Of a DNA stretch of 64,000 nucleotides, positions 38,491 to 50,365 are shown piece by piece. The DNA comes from Octopus sinensis. Its lineage: Eukaryota. The translations under genes and the position numbers were made by a program. Where the stretch lies: NCBI RefSeq assembly GCF_006345805.1, contig NC_043002.1, positions 99,014,001 to 99,078,000 of the forward strand, read 5' to 3'. Numbering within the stretch: the stretch's first letter is position 1; every line of letters begins with the position of its first letter. A model generated the notes under the pieces. The model had not been told where the DNA came from, did no database searches, and was given only the letters and a program-made list of their open reading frames with translations.

Positions 38491-38552
38491 CTTGTGTACA
38501 TATATAAATGTATATATACATATATGTATATATATCCAGAATAAGAAAATTT

Positions 38553-38584
<32 letters not shown>

Positions 38585-38712
38585 CTATATATATATATAT
38601 ACATATATATGTATGACTGTATGTCTGTGTACATATGTGAATATCAGCGTGTGGACATCGAAGTGGGGAGAAATATTCACACAAACACACACACACATAT
38701 ATATATGTATGC

Positions 38713-38790
<78 letters not shown>

Positions 38791-39591
38791 GTGTGTGTGT
38801 GTGTGTAGTATTTATGTATGTAAGTGTGTATATGTGCGCGCGAGTGTCCGGTGGTGCACGTGTGTGGCAAGTGTTATGTGCATATGTACGGGCTACTATG
38901 TGACTGTAAATTGTAGGTGACAATTGATAAGACGAGGGATGTGGGTGGAGGCGAAACTGGATAAAGAAGATTAAACATTTATTAGAAGTGACAATAAATG
39001 ATTTCTCTTGGCTATCAAGAAACATATAACAGCTTGTATGACATTCATGTTTCACGCTGAAAGTCTTAATTTCTTTTCATAGCAGACTTTTCATACTAAT
39101 GAGATTCTTTCCATAGTTAAATATAATACAAGAATAAGGAAACAGTCGTAGGAATTTATTGTAAAACAATTCACATTAAAGTTGTATCCATTTCCAATTA
39201 TATATGATGAAAAACAGCCCGAACACAGTAGTAAGTATAATTTTTTTCGGACTATTAATGTCATTATTTACATCCAGTTTGCTTTTTCCGATGCAAACGT
39301 TGATTGATTTTGATTTCGATGTTTTGCAGTAATTGAATTACTCATGTGAAATGTCTTATATATCTTTAGTTCAAACGATTGTATAGGCATACCTCAAGTT
39401 ATGTCGGTAATTGATTATAAAACGAATTGGTTTACTTGAAAATCGACGTTACACGGGGGAAATATATTCATTGAGATTCATTATCAAAGGACTTCCGGCC
39501 GCTTTGAAATACTATATGGCAGAAAAATTTAAACACAAGTAAATAAAAAATGATATAAGAAAATTTAAAAAGAAGCACCCCATACCCAATA

Positions 39592-39845
39592 TATCTATTA
39601 TATAAAATCCATTCTGTCTGTCTGTGTGTGTGTGTGTCTTTTAGGATCTCGGGCATCCTCCATCTGATTGCGCTCAAATTTGATATGTCGATACCGACGG
39701 TATCAGGGCGTGTATAGGTCTTGAAAAAAATTACAAAATTCGATTCTAGGTGAGAATGAGGTTTTGAGAAAAATTTGGTTTAAAAGTTTGACAACTCAGC
39801 ACCGTCCATTGGAAGTGGGGGGGGGGGGGGCGTTTTACTCGTATG
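39592..39845 (+). mobile_element. Family J, internally deleted relative to 16510
   Basis: A|TCTATTATATAAAATCC start; shares 5' and 3' blocks with 16510-16918. Confidence 0.5.
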
Positions 39846-40344
39846 TATATAAAAAACAATCATTTACCCGCTTAAAAATGTCGATATACTTTGTTGGACA
39901 GAAGTGGAGGTCAGAGGAGAAGCGTGAATTACAATGTTGACGAAAGGAGCAATCCATTATAATTGTTACTACTTCAAATCATCTACCATTCAAGTCAAAG
40001 AGAAAATAGGCTGCTCCATTTCTTCGATGGTTTCGTTCCCATTCTCTCATTCACGAGTTTAAAAAATGTTGTGGTAGGTATCGTCATCCGATTTAAATCT
40101 ATAAACAATCGCAATTGCTTCTTATTTTTCACATTTTACTTAGCTAATCACCAACTCGTCTGTCAAAATGGTATCATGATGCTTAGGACCATGAGGACCA
40201 GATTTAGTTGTAGTAGTAGCTTTCATGTGGGACATTACGTATAAAAAAGCAAAGCTTGTTAAGTTTAGCTCTACAGATATTCTATAGAAATTATAAAAAC
40301 GTTCAACATAAATTATAGTATATTATCTTTGCATAACAAAATAC

Positions 40345-40578
40345 CTATTTCTTTATTACCCACAAGGGGCTAAACATAGAGGGGACAAACAAGGACAGAC
40401 ATAGGTATTATGTCGATTACATCGACCCCAATGCGTAACTGGTACTTAATTTATCGACCCCGAAAGGATGTAAGGCAAAGTCGACCTCGGCGGAATTTGA
40501 ACTCACAACGTAACGGAAGACGAAGTACCGCAAATCATTTCGCCCGGTGTGCTAACGCTTCTGCTAGCTCGCCGCCTT
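40345..40578 (-). mobile_element. SINE family G, AGCCCCTTGTGGG tail variant
   Basis: Reverse complement of 55928-56160. Confidence 0.88.
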
Positions 40579-41324
40579 TTCATAACAAAATACCGTGTCC
40601 CCCAAAGTCATTAAACTCAAACGTACGTTTCAATTTCCTGATACGATCTAAAGCGTTACTTCATGGTTGAATGTAAGAATTATCAGTTTCAAAACTTAGA
40701 TAAACAAATGTCAACATTTTAACTATGTACATTTATTAAATTTTATTTGTTTTAATAATGATTTGTACTAGTGTCACTATTATATTTGAGTTTCCAATTT
40801 ACTTTTGGTATTTTAGTGTTTTAAAAACGTTTTATGATGCTAAATATGTTTGCTGAAACCGACATAAAATCGCGAGAACCGTCTGATGTTGAGGTCACTT
40901 TTTCCAACTAGTTTCATAAAAAAATCAATATAGTCAAGAAAACGAGTAACGCAACACGACATAAGCTGAGGTATGCCTCTATTTTCCGTGAACTTTATTA
41001 ATTTATTTGTATAAAACTCATTAGTCTACTTAGAAAACGGTTAAGTTATACATGATAAGTTTTAAGGATAAAACTAAATTAATGTTTAGTTTCCTTATAC
41101 TTCAAAATGTTCTATTAGTTCTATGATTTTTCACATATCTTGTATGTAATAATTCCTCTATTCACGCGACATTCAGTGTTTTCCACTTGCGGAATAAAAT
41201 CCTAATGTAAATACATGAGAAGTTGCGAGACCCACTAATACATACATACATGCATGCATACAAACAATCATACGTACATACATAGATATATACATACATA
41301 CTTACATATACATACATACATACA

Positions 41325-41401
<77 letters not shown>

Positions 41402-42547
41402 CAGGTATTAGTTAGAGAAATTAATACCTCTAAGGGATAATTACATCCAAAGTTGCTCCTGGTTATTACCTGTGTAAGTACAGTATTTTGTTAAGTTGTA
41501 CGGTAGCAGGTGGTTCGGTTGGTAGACCGTAGTTTAGGTTATATAGGAGAAGAAAATGGATGTAATAACAAGTGGAGACTTGTCGTTTTCGCTGGTATGC
41601 CTTTAATTTAATTAGAAAATAAAGAAGAAGGAAGCAAAGATGAAGGTAGCATTTACGATCGTTTCAATTTACTAGTTTTAGTAAATCTCTTCAGAATGCG
41701 AAAATAGATAGGTACATCGGTTAGGATGCGAAAATAATTGATACATATGTGATGGTAATAAAAGGAAAGATAGTAAGGCTTACATTACATTTTATACATA
41801 TATATACATATACATACATGCACACACACACACAACACCCCTCCATATATATAATTATGAGGAAAATATAAAGGAAAACCTTTACTACTGCGAAACTAAT
41901 CAGCGCTCTATAGGAGCAAATAATAACATATATATCAGTGGCGACTCAACACTCGGGCTTTTCGGGTTTATCCCGAGCATAAATTTAGTAAAGTGAACGT
42001 GTATTTGCAAGCTCGTTTAATTTATGCCAAAACTGACTTCAAAATATGTAATTGCAGCCAATAACTCGGGCTCAAAAGTTGCAACCTGAGTTGTTATCTA
42101 TATTTCTTACAAATTAAAAGTAATTCAAATTCCATGATTTCATGAAACAAAAAATTCTATACGGATTATGATTTAAAATCCGTGTCTATGAAAAGTTCCC
42201 GTTCTACAATATTCTTAAAGGAACGAAAAATTATCCAGCAACTCGAGCTAACATGAGCGAACCTGGTTGGTGTAAAAGACTAACTGGCATCTCTTGTCAA
42301 GTGTACAGACGACAGTTAGATCGCTGATGTGTGTTGTGCATTCCGCTGTTGTTATTTGATTGCTGTTATTCTGTTCGTCTGTGTGTAGAGGTCATAATTC
42401 TAAACATATAAAATAAGCCATTTGGGGTTAGATATATTGCGGAAAAACTTGAAATTCTTCGAGCTGGCATATGCCTTATGCGAAATTTGTGATGAGCCCG
42501 AGTGATGCTGACAACCTGACGTCGCTTCTGATACACATATATACATA

Positions 42548-42826
42548 CATGATGATGGCCGTCCACTTGTGACCGAGGAAGACCATTGCCGACCTTCAGG
42601 AACATTGTGCGCTCTAGGACTAACTTATATTTTACATTTGCGGCTCCGTTGGTGGCTAATGAGCCCTGCTCTTGACAAACATACACGACTGCAAACATTG
42701 CAGACCTAGCTTTCCCCATTCACTATACGAGCCGTGCGCTTTCGCGCAGCTCGCTTAAGTTCTTCATGCTGGATACGTGCTCTCTCAAAAGTGTCTCCTT
42801 AACCTGCTTCCTCCATCTGTGTCTGG
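42548..42826 (-). mobile_element. RTE-clade LINE 3' fragment, second family
   Basis: [10 protein letters not shown], then by frameshift TFERARIQHEELKRAARKR...VCNVCSRVCLSRAGLISHQRSRKC*; (CAT)n tail. Confidence 0.85.
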
Positions 42827-42920
42827 TATATATATATATATATTCCAGACACATATATACATACATATATGCATGCATACATACATTCATACATACATAC
42901 ATACATACGTGCATGCATAC

Positions 42921-42969
<49 letters not shown>

Positions 42970-43414
42970 CTGCGTGTGGAAGCGGGCTGATGACCTTGAC
43001 ATGTGCGTGGGTGTATGTGTAAGCGTGTTGATGTGGGGCTGGGAAGTGGTCAGTAATTGTGTGTGTGTGTGGTGGTGTGATGTGATATGATGTAATGTGA
43101 TGTTGTGTGGTATGGTGGTGTAAGGATCAGTGAGTGTTGTGTGCATATATATATGTATATACAAGCTACTATGTGGGTGCAAATTTTAGGAGACCATGAA
43201 CTGTAGGAAACAGAAACTGAGCATTGTTCATTTGAAGAAAATTAAGCAATTTTTACAAGTATATTTTGATACACAATTATACATTTATAATACACACATG
43301 TCTGTATGTGTGTGTGTGTGTGTGCGTGTGTGTGGTGGCGGAGTGCATACACGTACACATTACTATGAATCGAATGCAATCACTGATATAAATATACACA
43401 CATATATATGTATG

Positions 43415-43459
<45 letters not shown>

Positions 43460-43463
<4 letters not shown>

Positions 43464-43612
43464 GACGGGCTTCTTTCCGCTTCCGTCTACCAAATCCACT
43501 CAAAAAAGATTTGTCTATAGTAGAAGACACTTGCACAAGGTGCCACGCAGTTGGACTGAACCCGGTACCATTTGGTTGGTAAGCAAGCTACTTACCACAT
43601 AACTACTCCTGC
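43460..43612 (-). mobile_element. SINE family A, 5' half
   Basis: Reverse complement of the family A head. Confidence 0.8.
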
Positions 43613-44499
43613 ATGTTTAAAATATCTTTTTTAAAAATCGTAGTTTCTAATCATTTACAATAACTGAGATATATTTTTCAATCAATAACTCTCTAGTAAA
43701 AGCTGAATAACAAGCTATGACAAACACACAGAGAATATACTTTATCGTTATTTGCTGCCAAAGAATCCCAAAATATAACTACTTTTATTGAAAATTTATA
43801 ATTAGCATCAACAAGAAATAAACGAAGAAACTCATAAGATATATCAAAATATAAGGAAAACAAACAAACGAACATACTGAAATAGCAAATGGCGAATAGC
43901 TGAAAGAATACAGTTACTACCCACGAGAAAACTAGAGATTGTATTTTTAAAGATATCTATTGACTCTTTCTTCACATTGATTTTTTTCAAACGTTAATCA
44001 TTTTTCTGATTATTTAGTTGATTTAAGACATGTTAATCGAGGATATGCGAAACTAATTAAAATCTCTGATGTTGATAGCCGAAAACAAAGCCACAGTAAA
44101 TGTTTAATTGCATTTCAGTTTAATATCCTGGCTATATGCAAAGCGTAATAATCATTAATTTATAAATTCGTGAAAATTACTTCTCTGTCGTATATATATG
44201 TATAGTGGAAGAATCGGCTCTTTTATCTATTCTGCAAACTGACATTGTCTGACCTTTCTAAAGTATTCACAGATTGGAAGAACTTTCCTGTCAAGAAATT
44301 TCATTGTAATGGTATTGCACAGAAAAGAAAGAGTTGCCTGCGTACGTACATACATACATGCATACACAAACATGTACGCACATATTAGATAGACAAGAAA
44401 GGAAAATATGTATATGTTTCTATATATAGATATAGGCATGCATATATACACACACACACATATATATATATATTTATACATATACTCCACACGTATACG

Positions 44500-44728
44500 G
44501 ACGCACACATACATACTACATACATACATACATACATACATACATACATGCATGCATGCATGCATACATACATACATACATACATACATACATACATGCA
44601 TGCATGCATACATACATACATACATACATACATACATACATACATACATACATACATGCATGCATGCATACATACATACATACATACATACATACATACA
44701 TACATACATACGTACATACATACATACA
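44500..44728. repeat. (TACA)n/(TGCA)n microsatellite
   Basis: Direct inspection. Confidence 0.95.
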
Positions 44729-45311
44729 TTTGGGGAAATAGCTTAGGGGTTTCCATCAGTTGAATGTCCAGTTAAAACTGACATCTGGCCCTGAAAACGG
44801 CGTTAGCTGAGTCTAACCTGTTGCAAATGTCTGATAATTTCCTAACATTTTCCTGCGTGTAACGGAAAATATGAGAAGGATCATAGATACAGCACATCAA
44901 CTTCTTTGTAACCCAAGAACTAACAGCATTGTCAAGGGTCTCCGCGAGTGTGAATCAATACATATAAATGTGCAGGCCTGAGCATGACTTTTGAAGGGAA
45001 AGTCGTCGTTATTTGAGCGTACAGATCTTTGGTTTCCAAGCAATCGCTTTTGTCCAATGGAAACGTTATCTTCTAAGGGATGATGGTTACACCTTAGCAC
45101 CAGCATCATCGCAGGAGTCACCACCAGGAACGCAAAATGCTGGAACAGTCACTGGAAGTCATCTTGTCTGACGTTCTTGCCAGTCCACTGCCTTAGATTA
45201 ATTATCTTATGTATGCTGACACTGAAAGGACGAATGACGAAGTTGGCCATAGAAAGATTTGAAATTATGGTACTGAGAAATAAAACAAACACTGCGAGTA
45301 ATTTTATCAAT

Positions 45312-45444
45312 GGGGGTGACTGTGTGGTAAGTAGCTTGCTTACCAACCACATGGTTTCGGGTTCAGTCCCACTGCGTGGCACTTTGGGCAAGTATTTTCT
45401 ACTATAGCTTCGGGAAACTGAAAGATGCCCGTCGTATATATGTG

Positions 45445-45514
<70 letters not shown>

Positions 45515-45836
45515 ATATATATATATATCACCTTGATCACCTTGACCGACCAGTCCGTCAGGCGTCCATTTGACGCCGCCTTTCTCATCCACGTGATCCC
45601 AATCGTCCCATGGAAAGGTCAATGCTAGGTATCTCGTTGAGAGAGCACATCAGTAGTGAGATCATCAGAAAGAAGTCCGCCGTGAGAGATGTCATCGCAG
45701 AGTATACACGCAGCAAGTATAGATGGGCTGGAAACGTCACCCGGCTCAACGATAATCGGTGGACGCACGCAGTTGTCGAGTGGTACCCGCGCGAGCGGAA
45801 AAGACCACCAGGAAGACCTCCACGACGGTGGAGTTA

Positions 45837-45917
<81 letters not shown>

Positions 45918-46100
45918 TGTGTCTGTGTTTGTCCCTCCAGCATCGCTTCACAACCAATCCTGGTGTGTCTACGTCCCCGTAACTTAGCGGTTCGGCAAAA
46001 GAAACCGATAGAATAAGTAATAAGCTTCCGAAGAATAAGTCTGGGGTTGATTTGCTCGACTAGCGGCGCTGCTCCAGCATGGCCGCAGTCAAACGACTGA
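45312..46100 (+). mobile_element. SINE family A interrupted in its internal microsatellite by an RTE insertion
   Basis: 5' half at 45312-45440, 3' half at ~45915-46100. Confidence 0.85.
45528..45840. mobile_element. RTE LINE fragment with 5' inversion
   Basis: 45610-45840 (+) encodes MERSMLGISLR...KYRWAGNVTRLNDNRWT..VVEWYPRERKRPPGRPPRRW; 45528-45609 (-) is the presumed 3' end with a repeated TCAAGGTGA tail. Confidence 0.8.
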
Positions 46101-46618
46101 AGCAACTAAAATAGTAACTCGCCGCTCTATGAAAGAAAATTTTAAGACTTATTTTGATTTTATATTTCCTTGTTAAACTGTGACTTTTTCTATTGAATAA
46201 AAGATTCTAAGAGTCGACGACGTTTCAAAACTCTGCTATTATGTCAATTACATGTCGGTTATGACAATATCTCCTTTTACTGTTCTCTAATTTCTAAGTG
46301 TTAACGTTAGATTTTTCCAGACACATGGAAATATTTCGCCAGTCGTTCAAATAACACCAAACAGCATAAGTTCAAATATGGTCAAGACTATCTTCTGCCT
46401 TGTAACTTTTCTGGATTGATAAAAAAAGTACCAATGAAGCACCAAGATAAATTCTTTCCACTAGAGAAATAGGTAATAGATTTAAACAAAATATTTCGGA
46501 AAATTAATTCCATTATAAAAATCTTAGAAGAAGATTTGCATAGACATCAGGTCAAACACCTGCAAGTATAACAACTTTTATTAACCGTTACAACTGATAT
46601 GCTCTAGAAACACACATA

Positions 46619-47015
46619 TCTTTATATATAAAAGTAAGGTTGTGTGTCTGTCTCCTACGATTTAGATTCCTAACTACTCCCACATTTTGCGGTGCAGTTT
46701 AACCAAAACCGGGTATCTTATAGTCGTGATTCATATCGAGCCCTTCTGGGTATTAGCGCGCGTCTACGATGAGTCTACGATTAAAAAAAAATTACCATAA
46801 TTTTTTCCATTTTAATGCATTTTTTCGCTATTATATAAGGGAAGTAACTCTCTAAAAATGTCTACGATGAGTCAACGATTTAAAAAAAAATTTACCATCA
46901 TTTTTTTTTTCAATTTTTAATGCATTTTTTTGCTATTTTTTGGCTATAACTCTCTGAAAATGCTTATATAGTTATTTCCCTTACAAACCCGAGCAACGCC
47001 GGGCGATACTGCTAG
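46619..47015 (+). mobile_element. Non-autonomous Helitron family D
   Basis: A|TC...hairpin-CTAG|T. Confidence 0.92.
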
Positions 47016-47374
47016 TCACCAATAACTTAAGACCATACTAAATACTGTTTGGGGTGTCACGTATAATCATGTACAATCACACTGAAATTCAGAAAGGAGA
47101 CGCAGCTCGGAGATGATTGAAATGTCCATTGTAGATTGGTGTACGTGTAAGGAAAAGTTGCGCAGATCGAAAGTTTGGACATATTGCACTATATTAACCT
47201 AAAGTTTCAGTTTATAGAATCAATATAAATATCTTATCTGCAAAACATCACGAGTTGATGCTAAGTAAAGAGACGGCATCCGCTTGAATACGAGTCTGCG
47301 AGTACAATCTGAAATAGAAATCCGAATGGGAGGACACGGACGCTTCGTACTCAATGAATGCATATAGATCACTC

Positions 47375-47378
47375 AAAT

Positions 47379-47410
<32 letters not shown>

Positions 47411-47950
47411 ACACACTCTCACACACACACACTCACGAATATACACACACACTCACGAATTCACACACACAAACACACATAGAAACACACACACACACAC
47501 GCTCATGAATACACACACATAGAAACACACACACACGCTCATGAATACACACACAGAGACACAGATAGAAACACACACATACACACACACACTCACTAAT
47601 ACACACACAGACACACATAGAAACACACACAGACACACGCTCATGAATACACACACAGAGACACACATAGAAACACACACATACACACACACACTCACTA
47701 ATACACACACAGACACACATAGAAACACACACACACATACACACGCTCATGAATACACACACACAGGCACGCATAGAAACACACACACACGCTCATGAAT
47801 ACACACACAGAGACACACATAGAAACACACACATACACACACACACTCACTAATACACACACAGACACACATAGAAACACACACACACACATACACACGC
47901 TCATGAATACACACACACAGACACACATAGAAACACACACACTCACACAC
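47375..47950. repeat. CA-derived higher-order minisatellite
   Basis: Recurring spacers GCTCATGAAT, ATAGAA and CTCACTAAT in ~105-bp units. Confidence 0.85.
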
Positions 47951-48262
47951 ACACTGCTTTTCTCTATCTTTCTATTTCACTCACATGCACGTATACCTAT
48001 ATGGGTATGTATGCGTGTGTACATATGACTAGTGGTGATCGAATGGTTAAGACGTATCAAGTAGAGGAAATTACTTTAGATCTATATTAATATCAATCTG
48101 TCTTAAAGAATGATGATTTGTAATAAATGAAGTGAAAAAAATGCAAACCGCTGCATAGAAGCTCTATATAAGAGTAACGATATGTATAACATTTATAATG
48201 CAAGTACAAACAGGAAAATCCTAGTTAAAGTATTACAGCTAGTGGCGTTCCAGGTCTGTATA

Positions 48263-48648
48263 TCTTTCTATATAAAAGTGAAGTTGTGTGTCTGTCCCCT
48301 ACGATTTAGATTCCTAACTACTCCCACATTTTGCGGTGCAGTTTAACCAAAACCGGGTATCTTATAGTCGTGATTCATATCGAGCCCTTCTGGGTATTAG
48401 CATGAGTCCACAATTTAAAAAAAATATTACCATTATTTTTCAGTATTTTTAAGGCATTTTCGCTCGGTTTATATAAGGGAGGTAACTCTCTAAAAATGTA
48501 TTATTAAATCTCAGAACGTAAAAAGCTACAGTAACACCCCCCCTTTGTGGTTAGCCATATTGAGATGGCTATTATACTTTACATCTCTAAAAATGCCTAT
48601 ATAGTTATTTCCCTTACAAACCCGAGCAACGTCGGGTGATACTGCTAG
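48263..48648 (+). mobile_element. Non-autonomous Helitron family D, alternative internal module
   Basis: A|TC...hairpin-CTAG|T; module shared with 24399. Confidence 0.9.
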
Positions 48649-49120
48649 TACATTATAAATTTTATACGCGTTATTATTTTCCTCTAATGTTATTTCAAGT
48701 GCGTTCAGGAATTTGTATTTTAGGTTATCACGATGATATGATCTAACGACATATTTGTTAAAAGTACACATTTTAGAGTTGAAGTATGGGCATGGTGAAA
48801 TACAGATAGATCATTCAAGCAAATCGAATACTCTTCTACGCTGCTCGGAAATTGCATCATATAAAATTCTGTAATTTTTAGATGGTTACCATAGCAACCA
48901 AAGATGAGCGTAAAATTTAAAAAAAAAATGAAGAAATAAATACTATCATGCGGGAAGAGATGACATCTATTTGTTGTTTTAGATTGAGTTGCTATGCTGT
49001 AAATAGGTCAGAGAATGTTCAGTGAAAATGCAGTGTAGATCGTTAAATACACAAGAATTTGCAAAATACATTTATATATGGGCGTAATTATGCAAGTATG
49101 TATATGCATGTAAGTGTGTG

Positions 49121-49152
<32 letters not shown>

Positions 49153-49220
49153 TATATGTATGCATGTATGTATGTATGTATGTATGTATGTATGTATGTA
49201 TGTATCTATCTATCTATCTA

Positions 49221-49256
<36 letters not shown>

Positions 49257-49279
49257 CATATAATTATTAATGTGTGCAT

Positions 49280-49311
<32 letters not shown>

Positions 49312-49460
49312 GTATATATATATATACGTTGATATATCCACATACATATATTATAAAATAATATATATGTAATATAAAATATTATATTATATATATGTAT
49401 ATATCAACATGTATATATATATATACACACATACATATATATATATATTTATATATATGT

Positions 49461-49536
<76 letters not shown>

Positions 49537-50276
49537 TACGCACATATATATTTTATATAGATATATACGCTACCACATACAGCTATAAATGTGTAAGTGT
49601 GTGTGTGTGTGTTTGAATGTGTGCTTGTGTGTGTCTCTGTGAGTGTATGTGCATCTGCATATACACAGATGCACACGTATGCAATATATTTTCCTTTGTG
49701 TACATGTATATGAATAATCATACGGTAATTGTCTCATATTTTCTCTTTGATAAATAAATACGAGTTCTTCGCCTTAAGAATTTCTGTCTTTTGCCTAATT
49801 TAGACGCGATTATCATCAAACAATACAAATCGTTATAACTTGTCTGATTAGCATCAATTTTCGTCAAAATTTCGTGAAAAGCTTTATAAGGTAATGCGAC
49901 AAGAACATAATAGCAACTATGACAGAAATTAATTCGGAAGCGAGTCTCATCCCTGCTGTCACTCGTTCTACTAAATGTAGTAAGCAAATTTCCCTCCTAT
50001 TATAAACCTTGGACATATAAAAGAAAAGATTTATCGAACAACGTCATAACTGACGTAAGAAACGATGGCATATTCACAGTCGGAATCCGTTTGGCTCCTA
50101 GGTTTGTTCTGTCAGGACTGAAATGGGGCTAAGCACACACCAACAACAAAAAGTGCAACAAAACAACAGCTAAAAGCGAGGATGTGATAAATATTTTCTC
50201 TTGCCCCAAATCCAGAAGACTCTGTCCATCTTGGGTTGTACCCATTCATTCTTACTAATACGTAAATCAGACTTAC

Positions 50277-50365
50277 CATTCCTTTTTGAGGAATAGATCC
50301 ATACTCGGTAACCAGCATTTGAGGCTTAGTCAACATGCTGCTGCCTTGTGTATTAAAGTTTCATT
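50277..50365 (-). CDS. Candidate exon, possibly carrying a start codon (ATG at 50336; MLTKPQMLVTEYGSIPQKGM)
   Basis: GCTTTTCAG acceptor and consensus ATG|GTAAGT donor. Confidence 0.4.

Noticed and set aside
41950-42260. Recurrent ACTCG(G/A)GCT motifs and short hairpins
   Set aside because: Stems are only 6-8 bp, with no terminal repeats, TSD or second copy to define an element.
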